From Candidatus Latescibacterota bacterium (GTDB lineage Bacteria > Latescibacterota > UBA2968), in contig OZ242311.1 of assembly GCA_965207885.1 (NCBI GenBank), positions 1,184,001-1,248,000 on the forward strand: a stretch of 64,000 nucleotides of DNA, read 5' to 3'. Numbering within the stretch: position 1 is the stretch's first letter; each line of letters begins with the position of its first letter. The notes under the pieces were generated by a model that worked only from the letters and a program-made list of their open reading frames with translations, was not told the DNA's origin and searched no databases. Below are positions 1 to 9,306 of the stretch, in pieces. The position numbers and the translations under genes were made by a program.

Positions 1-1485
1 AGTTTGACAGGAAATTCGATTAAGAACAAATCGAATCTGGACGATCAGCAATCGGGAGCAGACACCGTGAAATATCCTTTGAACCAAATCCTTTATGGTC
101 CGCCGGGTACAGGTAAAACGTGGAATACCGTCAACCGCGCTGTGGCGATTATCGAGGGCAAGTCTCTGGATAAGCTTGATGGGGAAGACCGTGAAGAGAT
201 GAAGCAGCGGTTTGATACATTAAAAGAGGACGGCCAGATTGAAATGGTGACATTTCATCAGAACTTTACCTATGAGGATTTCATTGAAGGCATCAGACCC
301 GTTCTGGCTGATGATGGAAATGGAAATATAGAATATGAATTATCAAGAGGTGTATTCAGGGAAATTGTAGAGCGGGCCGATAAAAATAGGACTCAATCTA
401 AGCAAATAGGTGACAAATCATGGAACATGGATGAATTGCTTCAAGCATTTGCCGAGTCAATACAGGAGAAGCTGGAATCAGGAGAAACGATCAATCTCTC
501 TCGTCCAGATAGTACAAGCGGTGCCACAATTCAAAAAATAAAGTGGTCAGGAGAAGGTAAATTCAACTCTTTTCAGCTTGGCGGTAGCGTAACGAGTCTT
601 GGTCTTTCGAGAAAATTGATTGAGCGGGATTACGAGAATTTTTACAAGGGGAATATCACCTCAAAAAAAGATATCAAACCTACCAGAGAGTCAACAGGAA
701 GTCATCATGGTCTTGGCAAATATTATTTGCCATTGTTTGAAATTATAAAACAATTTCACGACGGGGAATGGCAGCCGGAAGAGTCGGTGCCAGTAGAGAA
801 GCAGAATTATGTCCTGATTATTGACGAAATCAATCGCGGTAATATCGCTAAAATTTTTGGTGAGTTGATCACGCTAATTGAATCATCCAAACGGATCGAA
901 GGCGATGACGAAGCAACCGTTACCCTGCCTTATTCGCAAGATTCTTTTGGCGTGCCGGATAACCTCTATATCATCGGCACGATGAATACCGCTGACCGCT
1001 CCACCGCCCCATTGGATACCGCATTGCGGCGACGGTTTAAGTTTGTCGAGATGATGCCGGATTTAGAACATCACAAAATCAGTACGGATATTGAAGGTGT
1101 GAACTGCCAAGAATTGCTTGCTGCAATGAACAAGCGCATCCGTTTCCTATTTGACCGCGAACATCAGATTGGACACACGTATTTTATGGATGTTGATGAC
1201 ATGGAGTCTCTTGCGGCAACTTTTAAAAACCAAATCATCCCGCTGTTGCAGGAATACTTTTACGATAACTGGGAGAAGATTGATCTGGTATTGAATTGCA
1301 ATGGGTTTGTTCACGAAATCCCCTTTGAGAGCGATTTGTTCAAAAATTCAGATTTGATTGATGAAGAAAGAAAGATTTATGAACTGCTGCCCGATGATGA
1401 TGGCAAATGGGAAGACCCTAAAAGTTACCAGGCGATTTACGAAAAAGAACAAGGCGAAACCGATGAAGCCGGACGGGACACCTGA
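1..1485 (+). CDS. mcrB: McrB-family AAA+ GTPase of a type IV restriction system, probably 5'-truncated by the window edge
   Basis: Walker A GPPGTGKT, VTFHQNFTYEDFIEG, Walker B LIIDEINRGN, McrB signature MNTADRS, DTALRRRF. The frame is open from base 1, so an N-terminal recognition domain may lie upstream. Confidence 0.9.
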   Translation, partial: SLTGNSIKNKSNLDDQQSGADTVKYPLNQILYGPPGTGKTWNTVNRAVAIIEGKSLDKLDGEDREEMKQRFDTLKEDGQIEMVTFHQNFTYEDFIEGIRPVLADDGNGNIEYELSRGVFREIVERADKNRTQSKQIGDKSWNMDELLQAFAESIQEKLESGETINLSRPDSTSGATIQKIKWSGEGKFNSFQLGGSVTSLGLSRKLIERDYENFYKGNITSKKDIKPTRESTGSHHGLGKYYLPLFEIIKQFHDGEWQPEESVPVEKQNYVLIIDEINRGNIAKIFGELITLIESSKRIEGDDEATVTLPYSQDSFGVPDNLYIIGTMNTADRSTAPLDTALRRRFKFVEMMPDLEHHKISTDIEGVNCQELLAAMNKRIRFLFDREHQIGHTYFMDVDDMESLAATFKNQIIPLLQEYFYDNWEKIDLVLNCNGFVHEIPFESDLFKNSDLIDEERKIYELLPDDDGKWEDPKSYQAIYEKEQGETDEAGRDT

Positions 1486-1487
1486 CT

Positions 1488-2768
1488 ATGCCCGTTATCA
1501 AAGAAATTCTCGTCATTAAAGAACATGAAGAACTTAAGGATCTTAGCCAGGACGAACTGCGGGATCTGAAGGATTTTGCTCTTGAAAACCGAACGGATGG
1601 GGAGGGCAACTACCGACCTATTTTGGAGTTGAAAAACAATCGGCTGTACGCACAAAACTATGTCGGTATTATTGAAACGCGCAAGGGAACGGTACTCGAA
1701 ATTCTGCCGAAGGTGGATTTTGCCGAAGATGAAGACAAGGAAAAAACCAAAACTAAAGAGTATTTTTTTGAAATGCTGCGGGATTGGCGCGGGTTCAAAT
1801 CGTTGGCTCAGTTCAATCTAAGTCACATCAATGCTGTGCGGCGTTTTAATATGCTGGAGATATTTGTTCACCTTTTTTTGAACAATCTCGTTTTGCTGAC
1901 ACAACGCGGCCTCGCCCGCCACTATCAATCGGAGGAAGACAACCAGCCTTATCTGCGCGGGCGAATCCTCTTTCCGCAGCATATTCGTGAAAATGTAGCC
2001 AACCGTGCACGGTTTTATGTCGGTTATGACGAGTTCAGTGCCAACCGCCCGGCCAATCGCCTGATTCACAGCACCATTCACAAACTGATAGGTTCTGTGC
2101 GGCAACCGAGAAATCAACAGTTGCTTCATCAGTTGCGTATCAATTTTTCCGATATTCCGCAGTCATCGCACCTCAAAAGCGATTGGGATCGGCATCAGGT
2201 GGATCGTTCGATTCAGCATTACGATGAGGTGATGCAGTGGGTTAGGCTTTTTCTTTTTGAACACGGCCTGACTACGTTTGCTGGCAAACATGTCAACCAG
2301 ACGCTGTTGTTTCCGATGTGGGAAGTGTTTGAGGACTTTGTTGCGGCGTGTTTTCGGCGGCATCAGCAGCGATTTTCCGTGCATGGGCAAGGGCCGCGAG
2401 AACCGTTAGCCAGTATTGATGGCAAAGGTGTTTTTTATATGAAACCGGATATCAGTCTGATGTCTGGCAGGGAGACAGAATTTATCCTGGATACCAAGTG
2501 GAAGCGTATTAATGGAGAGGGAAGTGATCCAAAACACGGCATCAGCCAGGCCGATATGTACCAGTTGTTCGCGTATGGGAAAAAGTATGGCTGTAAGCAG
2601 GTCGCGCTTGTCTATCCAAAGACGGAGCAGTTTCAAAAAATATTGCGCTACAAGTTTGATGGGGAATTGTATTTGTCATGTTTTCCATTTGATGTGACCA
2701 AGCCCAAATGTAGTGTTAAAAAAATACTGGATCATCTGCAAAACAAACCAATGAAAGTGATACAGTAG
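1488..2768 (+). CDS. mcrC: McrC-family PD-(D/E)XK endonuclease subunit
   Basis: QNYVGII...LEILPK N-terminus, LLFPMWEVFEDFV, KPDI...ILDTKWK and ADMYQLFAYG motifs; lies 2 bp after mcrB. Confidence 0.92.
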   Translation: MPVIKEILVIKEHEELKDLSQDELRDLKDFALENRTDGEGNYRPILELKNNRLYAQNYVGIIETRKGTVLEILPKVDFAEDEDKEKTKTKEYFFEMLRDWRGFKSLAQFNLSHINAVRRFNMLEIFVHLFLNNLVLLTQRGLARHYQSEEDNQPYLRGRILFPQHIRENVANRARFYVGYDEFSANRPANRLIHSTIHKLIGSVRQPRNQQLLHQLRINFSDIPQSSHLKSDWDRHQVDRSIQHYDEVMQWVRLFLFEHGLTTFAGKHVNQTLLFPMWEVFEDFVAACFRRHQQRFSVHGQGPREPLASIDGKGVFYMKPDISLMSGRETEFILDTKWKRINGEGSDPKHGISQADMYQLFAYGKKYGCKQVALVYPKTEQFQKILRYKFDGELYLSCFPFDVTKPKCSVKKILDHLQNKPMKVIQ

Positions 2769-3034
2769 GCAGTACATATCTTTCATATTACCGCCCATTC
2801 ATCGCTCAAAATGTACACTTTGACATCCGAGATTGTTCTACGTCAAACAGGCGTTTCTCAATTCAAGTTGTGAACAAGGGGGCAATACAGCATATTGAAG
2901 ACACAATAAGGGTATTTGAGGCTGTCTATACCATTTGTCGCCCGATGCTGTGACATTGGCCTGATGTTTGCTGGGATTCTGACTGTTGCGTGTGTTCCAA
3001 AAAGACACCAACTCTCAGATCCGGAGCATCTCTG

Positions 3035-3949
3035 ATGGCAGATATCGATACCATTTCCAAATACCTGATTCAACACTATCCCGACCACTTCGCCCATTTT
3101 GTCCTCGCACGAGACGACATCGAGGTAATTGAAGTCCTCAACACAGAGCAACCCACAGTACAAGCGCGACAGGCCGATAGCTTCATCCGCGTGCAAATCG
3201 GTGAAGAAGAGGCATTGGTCCACAACGAGTTTCAAACTACGGACAGCACCAATCCGCCCATGCCGCGCCGCATGGCGGGCTATATCGGACGCGCCATTGA
3301 GCGTCACGGCTTGCCGATTTATTCCAATGTCATCTACCTGCGTCCCAATGCTGGGCAGCGCGATCCTGGATTCTACGAGCAAGCCTTACGCGGCTACCGC
3401 GTGGTGATTCAGTACAATGTGATTCGACTGAGCGAGGTCGAAGGCCAACGCATCCTTGATGAGGAACATTCGGGTCTGATCCCTTTCACGCCGTTGATGA
3501 AGCCCCCTGAAGGGATGGCATCTGATGCGTGGTTACGTCAGTGTATTCACACCGCTCGGACGCGCCGCATCGCTCGGTCGCCCAGAGCCAATTATCTGGC
3601 AGGCATGGCGGTTTTGAGCGAGTTGGTTTACGCGCCTGAAACTGTTTCTGAAATCATTATCAAGGAGGGTCTCATGGATCTGATCCGCGAATCATCCCTT
3701 ATTCAATACTTTAAGCAAGAAGGCAGAGAGGAAGGTTTTGAGCAAGGCATTGAGCAAGGCCAAAGAAAAAGTACGCTTGAAGATATCCTCGAAGTATTGG
3801 AGATTCGATTTGATCTGGATGAAGCGCATCCTCTATCTGGCCGCATTGCCACTATTGACGATTTACAACGCTTGAAGCAGTTGCTTCGTACGGCGATACA
3901 GGTCTCCAATCTCGATGAATTTGAACGCATGTTAGATGCAATGGCGTAA
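3035..3949 (+). CDS. Rpn/YhgA-like PD-(D/E)XK nuclease (putative transposase family)
   Basis: ATG at 3035 after GGAG. ADSFIRV...HNEFQT...MPRRMAGY nuclease core and C-terminal EGREEGFEQGIEQG repeats typical of the family. Confidence 0.8.
   Translation: MADIDTISKYLIQHYPDHFAHFVLARDDIEVIEVLNTEQPTVQARQADSFIRVQIGEEEALVHNEFQTTDSTNPPMPRRMAGYIGRAIERHGLPIYSNVIYLRPNAGQRDPGFYEQALRGYRVVIQYNVIRLSEVEGQRILDEEHSGLIPFTPLMKPPEGMASDAWLRQCIHTARTRRIARSPRANYLAGMAVLSELVYAPETVSEIIIKEGLMDLIRESSLIQYFKQEGREEGFEQGIEQGQRKSTLEDILEVLEIRFDLDEAHPLSGRIATIDDLQRLKQLLRTAIQVSNLDEFERMLDAMA
3674..3949 (+). CDS. Candidate internally translated small C-terminal Rpn protein (91 aa, putative antitoxin)
   Basis: AAGGAGG at 3662-3668, 5-nt spacer, in-frame ATG at 3674, just before the EG-repeat region. 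Confidence 0.55.
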   Translation: MDLIRESSLIQYFKQEGREEGFEQGIEQGQRKSTLEDILEVLEIRFDLDEAHPLSGRIATIDDLQRLKQLLRTAIQVSNLDEFERMLDAMA

Positions 3950-3968
3950 CGCGATTGCCCAACATAAA

Positions 3969-3999
3969 GTGTATTTGGGGGTGACTTATCCGAATACAC
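3969..3999 (+). terminator. Hairpin downstream of the Rpn gene
   Basis: GTGTATTTGG...CCGAATACAC stem with one G-U pair; no clear U-tract. Confidence 0.35.
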
Positions 4000-4055
4000 A
4001 GCAACCTGCTGAATCGTCAATGTTCAAACGCAATGTCAAAGTCAAGGAAAGCAAT

Positions 4056-5066
4056 ATGAAAGCAAGGATCGTTGGAGAGCGACAGTCAGATGTGGTGCCT
4101 GCACCTGTGCCGGAGCCGAAGGAGGATTGGGCGGTGGTGAAGGTGCATGCTTCGGCGATGTGTACTGAGTACAAGACGTGGTTGGCGGGTGATCGGCGCG
4201 AGGTGATCGGGCACGAGGGTGCTGGCGAGGTGGTGGCGGTGGCGCAGCCGGGGCGGGTGAAGGTGGGGGACCGGGTTACAGTGATGCCGCAGTATCCGTG
4301 TGGCAATTGCGCCCTGTGCCGATCTGGTGATTATATCTATTGTGAGGATACATACAACTTTGCCGAGTTTACCGGTAGCCGCGATGGCAGTGGCACGTTT
4401 GCCCATTATGTGGTCAAGCCCTCATGGCTTTTGTTGCCGATTCCCGAACGGGTTACGTACGAGCAGGCGACAATGGCGATTGACGGTATCGGTGCTTCTT
4501 TTGGGGGCATGCAAGCCATTGGCGTGGGGGCTTTTGATACGGTGCTGATTACGGGCCTGGGTCCGGTGGGGCTTGGCGGGATTATCAATGCCCGGTTCCG
4601 CGGGGCGCGGGTGCTGGCGGTGGAGCCTGCGCCGTGGCGCGCTGCACTCGGTCTCGAGTTGGGCGCAGAGGTGGTGCTGCATCCTCAGGATGATCCGCTT
4701 GCGCGTATTCGAGATTTGACGGATGGTCGCGGGGTTGATTGCGCGGTGGATTGTTCAGGTTCGGTGGCAGGGGAACGGCTGTGTATTGATGCGGTACGGC
4801 GGCGCGGACGGGTGGCGTTTGTCGGCGAGTGTTCCCAGGAATTGCCGATTAAGGTGAGTCCGGATTTGATTCGCAAAGGGTTACTGGTGTCGGGGAACTG
4901 GCTGTACAATATGCAGGATTACGAGGGCGTGATGCAGGTGATCGCGGAGTCGCCTCTGATCGATAAGCTGATCAGCCACGTTATGCCGATGAGCAATATT
5001 CAGGAGGCTTTTGGTCTTTTAGCCGCTGGTGAAGCCGCAAAAATCGTGCTTCATCCCTGGGCGTAG
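4056..5066 (+). CDS. Zn-dependent medium-chain alcohol/polyol dehydrogenase
   Basis: GHEGAG, structural Zn motif CGNCALC...C, Rossmann GLGPVG; start set to ATG 4056 after AAGGA. Confidence 0.9.
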   Translation: MKARIVGERQSDVVPAPVPEPKEDWAVVKVHASAMCTEYKTWLAGDRREVIGHEGAGEVVAVAQPGRVKVGDRVTVMPQYPCGNCALCRSGDYIYCEDTYNFAEFTGSRDGSGTFAHYVVKPSWLLLPIPERVTYEQATMAIDGIGASFGGMQAIGVGAFDTVLITGLGPVGLGGIINARFRGARVLAVEPAPWRAALGLELGAEVVLHPQDDPLARIRDLTDGRGVDCAVDCSGSVAGERLCIDAVRRRGRVAFVGECSQELPIKVSPDLIRKGLLVSGNWLYNMQDYEGVMQVIAESPLIDKLISHVMPMSNIQEAFGLLAAGEAAKIVLHPWA

Positions 5067-5869
5067 CGCATTTCTTTTAGTACACTTTTAAGCCATGCCC
5101 TGGCGCGCCTGCGATACGGACTTTCTCTGTGCATCCAGAGATCTGTATGTGGGTGGACGATATTGCCTTCGGGGATGTTGAATATCTGGTCGGTTGGTAC
5201 GTCCAGAAATGTGAAGCGCGCCAGGTCGAGATGTGCGTTGAGAAATTAATCTTTTACCTTGCTGGCGTTCTGCCCGCAGATGAGCACGGGCCTGCCTTTT
5301 ATCCGTGCGAGGCGGGTGAGAGCGGATGCGCGGTCACTTTCTGGGTAATCCCATTCCTTTTCGCCGTCGAAGTGGTCGTGGGTGAAGATGCCTTTCCAAT
5401 AGGCTGCGATCTCGTCATCTGCAAGGCCGATGTAGCTGGTGCCAATGGCACCGCGCGAGAAGCCGCAGATGAATGTGTAGTAGGGATTGCCTCCAAATTT
5501 TTCACAGATTCGCGGGAGGTTGGTCTTGCAGTAGTTCACGGTTGCCTGCTTGTCGCCCCACCATGTGACGGCGTTTTCTTTTTTGTCCTTTTCTATATAT
5601 GGCATGGTTATCCATATAAATCCTCGTCCCCCACTTATGCCATAGCCCAGGTTTGCATCTTCTACTTTCCCAGTTGATTTGCACGGTTCCCATTTGTTGC
5701 CCGTGTATTCGACGATGATGGGGTATTTGCGCCCGGGTTGCCAGTCTTTGGGAAGGTATAGCGCGTGGTGTACATCGGTCCCTCTGTACTCCGGTGCAGT
5801 TTGACGCACACGCCTGCCCGGATCAGGTGCTTCATCCGTCATAGCCGGTGTAACGAGGTCTAATGGCAT
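5051..5869 (-). pseudogene. Alpha/beta-hydrolase-like gene interrupted by an in-frame TAA at 5246-5248
   Basis: GFSRG nucleophile elbow. The same frame continues 64 codons past the TAA (FLNAHLDLARFTFLDVP...HPHTDLW...) to TGA at 5051-5053. Confidence 0.7.
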
Positions 5870-5893
5870 GGTCTCTCAGCTTGCGAGGTCTGT

Positions 5894-7012
5894 TCAGGAT
5901 TCCAATTCGTCGAGCCAGCGCGCTACCACTCGACTGCCTTTTTGTATTTCAGATATGGCTTCGTGGTCGGGTTGCTCCTGTTCGTCAATCAGTCCTTTTC
6001 GGCGGAAGCGGTTTCGGATATAACCACCACAAAGATGCGCGCCTATTGCGCCGGGATTTTTCAGGAGGCCGTAGAGGGCTTCGGCATACCATTTCCCATC
6101 CGCGAGATGATATTCCCCATCCAGATATTTTCCGCTGTCATCCGCGATGGTCTCCCGTGGGCGGGATCCATCTGCCCATAGAACCGGTTTTCCCGTGGCT
6201 GCGTGCCATTCGCGCATGTGTGTGACCGGGTCTCCGAAGTCCTGAAAGCTGAGTACATCAACGTACGGGTCGGCAGCCTGTACAATTTCCATTGGGAGTG
6301 GTGCGAGTGCTTCGTATCGGTCTCCCAAGATTAAGTGATGGGGATCATAACGGCGAATGGCGTCGTGGGTGATTTTGTAGTATCGCTGTGCTAAGTTGAA
6401 GAGTTCAGTCCGACCCGCTTGCGATTCCAATCGTGTGGGATCAAACATGGGTCCGCGCCAGGCCGTGTGTGGGGTTCGGACGTGAACCCAGGTCGGACAG
6501 TCCGAGTAAAAATAGCCGATTAAGTTCGGTTCGTCTCTCAGTCGCGCGCATTCGGATCTGGCGACATAATCGCACCAGTCCTCAAAGTCTTTGCTGAAGA
6601 TGTCGGGATTTTTGTGCCATGCGTTCCACTGATGTGTTTCGATGAAGGGTAGCAGGTGGCAGTAGGGCATCGATAGGGCGCGATATTCTTCCAGGGTGAA
6701 GCTCGGACTGTGCGCGTGTTTTAAGATGGTGACATCCTGTACCCAGCCGACACTGTTGAATCCCCAGGATTTCAGGTCGGGGGCTACGGATTCACAGATC
6801 CACTTGATGCTGTTGTTGTCGTATTTCTGTTTCCAGCGGGGCAGGTTTTCTGGATATAGCAATGGAGAGGAGTCGATGTGATTCAGTCCGACGGAGAAGA
6901 AGGGCTGTCGATCCGGTGTGAGCAAGACCCAGCGTTCGCCGAGTTTTGCGAGGGTGAAGAATCCTTCGGGTGATGTTTGTGTTGTTTCGACTGTTTCCAG
7001 TGTGGTGTTCAT
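5894..7012 (-). CDS. Glycoside hydrolase, TIM-barrel, agarase/GH50-like
   Basis: WVLLTPDRQPFFSVGLNHI, LKSWGFNSVGW, LIGYF, AIRRYDPHHLILGDRY motifs; ATG 7012 chosen to avoid overlap with the upstream gene. Confidence 0.6.
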   Translation of the reverse strand: MNTTLETVETTQTSPEGFFTLAKLGERWVLLTPDRQPFFSVGLNHIDSSPLLYPENLPRWKQKYDNNSIKWICESVAPDLKSWGFNSVGWVQDVTILKHAHSPSFTLEEYRALSMPYCHLLPFIETHQWNAWHKNPDIFSKDFEDWCDYVARSECARLRDEPNLIGYFYSDCPTWVHVRTPHTAWRGPMFDPTRLESQAGRTELFNLAQRYYKITHDAIRRYDPHHLILGDRYEALAPLPMEIVQAADPYVDVLSFQDFGDPVTHMREWHAATGKPVLWADGSRPRETIADDSGKYLDGEYHLADGKWYAEALYGLLKNPGAIGAHLCGGYIRNRFRRKGLIDEQEQPDHEAISEIQKGSRVVARWLDELES

Positions 7013-7031
7013 TGAAGATCCCTGGTAGTTG

Positions 7032-7418
7032 TTACACTTTGACTTTGTACTTGAGGTCGTTGGCTTCATCACCCGTTATGCCCCGAAACCCCCAGCAATG
7101 TGGTGGTTGTTCTTTGATGGTGATTTCGATGTCTATGGGCGAAATGGATAATTGGTTTTCGATTTCCTTGAATAGTGTTTTGATCAGGTTTTTTTGGGTT
7201 TCCACCTGGCGACCTGCCATCATGTTGATTTCAATGACGGTGTATGCATCTGTGCGACCCTCGGGGTAGTAAAAATCCTCTTTGTCCATGGGCACAAAGC
7301 GGTGTGCCCGCTTATCCTCTGGCAGACCGAGGACGGATTGCATACAGCCGTGAATCACATCGGATAATTTTGCTTTTATGGGATTTAATTTTTTTTTGAT
7401 TCCATATACGACGATCAT
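7032..7418 (-). CDS. Tautomerase-superfamily protein
   Basis: 128 aa beta-alpha-beta pattern: LGLPEDKRAHRF, YTVIEINMMAGR, EITIKEQPPHCWGFRG. Confidence 0.75.
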   Translation of the reverse strand: MIVVYGIKKKLNPIKAKLSDVIHGCMQSVLGLPEDKRAHRFVPMDKEDFYYPEGRTDAYTVIEINMMAGRQVETQKNLIKTLFKEIENQLSISPIDIEITIKEQPPHCWGFRGITGDEANDLKYKVKV

Positions 7419-7439
7419 GATTTTTCCTTATCCGAACGA

Positions 7440-8522
7440 TTATCCCATCCTCAGACTGCGGTCTTTAAGGGGCAGGTCAATGCGGATGTTGCCGCGGCGG
7501 TGGGATTCTCTTATGGCGATGCCGATTTCAAGGGCTTCGCGGGCAAATTCGCCGGGGCAGATGTCTTCGTGGCCCTGTTCGATAGAGCGACAGACGCCTT
7601 CGATGGCGTCAACCATTGAGCTTCTGGGATGCCATGGTCCCGGGAGATGCGTCTGGGTGGGGGCACCGGTTTCGGGATGTGGGGTCCATATTTCGAACTG
7701 GGCATGGGCGTTGCGGGAGATGATGCGGCCGGTTTCGCCGATGAATTCCAGGGACCAGGCAAAGGAGCTGGTTTCGGAGCGGGAGTTTAAGATGGTGCGG
7801 ATGCCGTTTTCATATACGATGATTCCCGATCCGGGGATGTCGGCATTGGACTGTGCCTGTTCGTCTGTGTCGATGAGGCCGACTACCCATTGGGCTGGCG
7901 CACCGGCAAAGAGGCGGAGTAAGGATAGGGTGTGGCTTTGAATATTGGAGAGGCTGGCGGGGCTGTGGCAGATCATTGTTTTTAAGGGTCCAATGATCCC
8001 GTCGGCAATGAGTCGGCGGGCGTTTGTGTAGTAGCTATACCAGTTGAGGTGACAGGCCATTGAGAGGATGACGTTGTTTTTGGCGCAGGCGTCGATCATG
8101 GCATCGGCATCGGCCAATGTGCGACACATTGGTTTGGTGGCGAAAATGGCTTTGACTCCCAGTTCGGCCAGGCCGACCGTGATTTCAGCGCGGGGTTCGG
8201 GGCGGGTGGTCAGGCATACCACGTCGATTTGTTCTTTTTCGACCATTTCCCGGTAATCGGTGTACAGGGCTGATACGTCCCAGCGCTGTTTGAAGTCCTC
8301 GAGTTTGGCGGGGTCATCATCAGCGGCAGCTACAAGATCGATCCCCCGGGCTTCAATCATTGCAGGCGCGTGTGCCCAGGGCCATGGGTAATGGGGCATG
8401 CCGATGTGTTCGTCGTCAATGGTGCTGCCCATTCTACCGCATCCTACAACAGCACCGCGATAGGTATTTTGGGGAGCGGTATCTCGCACGGTCTGAAAGG
8501 CTTTACCTTTGGGTTCGGCCAT
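7440..8522 (-). CDS. Gfo/Idh/MocA-family oxidoreductase
   Basis: VVGCGRMG, YTDYREMVEKEQIDVV, TKPM (EKP-like) motif. Confidence 0.88.
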   Translation of the reverse strand: MAEPKGKAFQTVRDTAPQNTYRGAVVGCGRMGSTIDDEHIGMPHYPWPWAHAPAMIEARGIDLVAAADDDPAKLEDFKQRWDVSALYTDYREMVEKEQIDVVCLTTRPEPRAEITVGLAELGVKAIFATKPMCRTLADADAMIDACAKNNVILSMACHLNWYSYYTNARRLIADGIIGPLKTMICHSPASLSNIQSHTLSLLRLFAGAPAQWVVGLIDTDEQAQSNADIPGSGIIVYENGIRTILNSRSETSSFAWSLEFIGETGRIISRNAHAQFEIWTPHPETGAPTQTHLPGPWHPRSSMVDAIEGVCRSIEQGHEDICPGEFAREALEIGIAIRESHRRGNIRIDLPLKDRSLRMG

Positions 8523-8543
8523 TGGGTTCTCCTCTGTAAGCTG

Positions 8544-9299
8544 TTAAGCGCTCTTTTGCACAATAAGCAACTCGCGGTGTTCGTTGGTTTCAATGCCTCG
8601 CTGCGTGGTGTATTTCTCAAGAATCTGGTTAATGCATTGCCAGTGTTTTTCGATTTCAAATTTTTCGGGCAACGGGACTGTGTGTAGCCATAAGAGAAGT
8701 GATTCAACATCACAGAACCAATACGCGACGTCGTATTCCATGAGCGCGATAATGCGATTGCCGCGTTGCTGGAAAGTTTTGGCGTGTTCTTTAGCAGGCG
8801 ACCACCAATCCTTGCCAAAACTATTGCTTGTCCAACAGAATGCTGCCAGGATATTGGACGTATTGCGATGTCCTACCCCCTGGGTGATAAAATACCCTCC
8901 CGTGCGTAGCACACGCAAAACTTCATCTATATTGACAACAGAATGTCGATTTAAAACAATATCAAAATTTGAGTCAGGCAATTGCAGCGCATCAGCACTC
9001 ATGACATTGAAAGAGACGTTGTTTATCTGCATTTTGGATTGGTTCTTATGAGCTGTTTGAATCATTTCGTCGCTGATGTCGATACCAATGCCTTTGCCGA
9101 AGTCCGGTGATAGAGTGAGAAACTTTTCGCCGCCACCTGTTCCTATATCAAGGACGCGAGATGATGAGGTGAGGTAGTTGCGAACCAGAGTCATATAATC
9201 CCAGGGTACGGGATCTCGTCCATCTCTTACGGCAGAGAAATCCCATCCCTGAATTTTTCCAATAGACGCTGCGATTTGTTTTAGCTCTTTAAGCGTCAT
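8544..9299 (-). CDS. Class I SAM-dependent methyltransferase
   Basis: VLDIGTGGGE motif I, GIDISDEMI, FDIVLNRH, RVLRTGGYFITQ. Confidence 0.88.
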   Translation of the reverse strand: MTLKELKQIAASIGKIQGWDFSAVRDGRDPVPWDYMTLVRNYLTSSSRVLDIGTGGGEKFLTLSPDFGKGIGIDISDEMIQTAHKNQSKMQINNVSFNVMSADALQLPDSNFDIVLNRHSVVNIDEVLRVLRTGGYFITQGVGHRNTSNILAAFCWTSNSFGKDWWSPAKEHAKTFQQRGNRIIALMEYDVAYWFCDVESLLLWLHTVPLPEKFEIEKHWQCINQILEKYTTQRGIETNEHRELLIVQKSA

Positions 9300-9306
9300 C
9301 TCGTTT

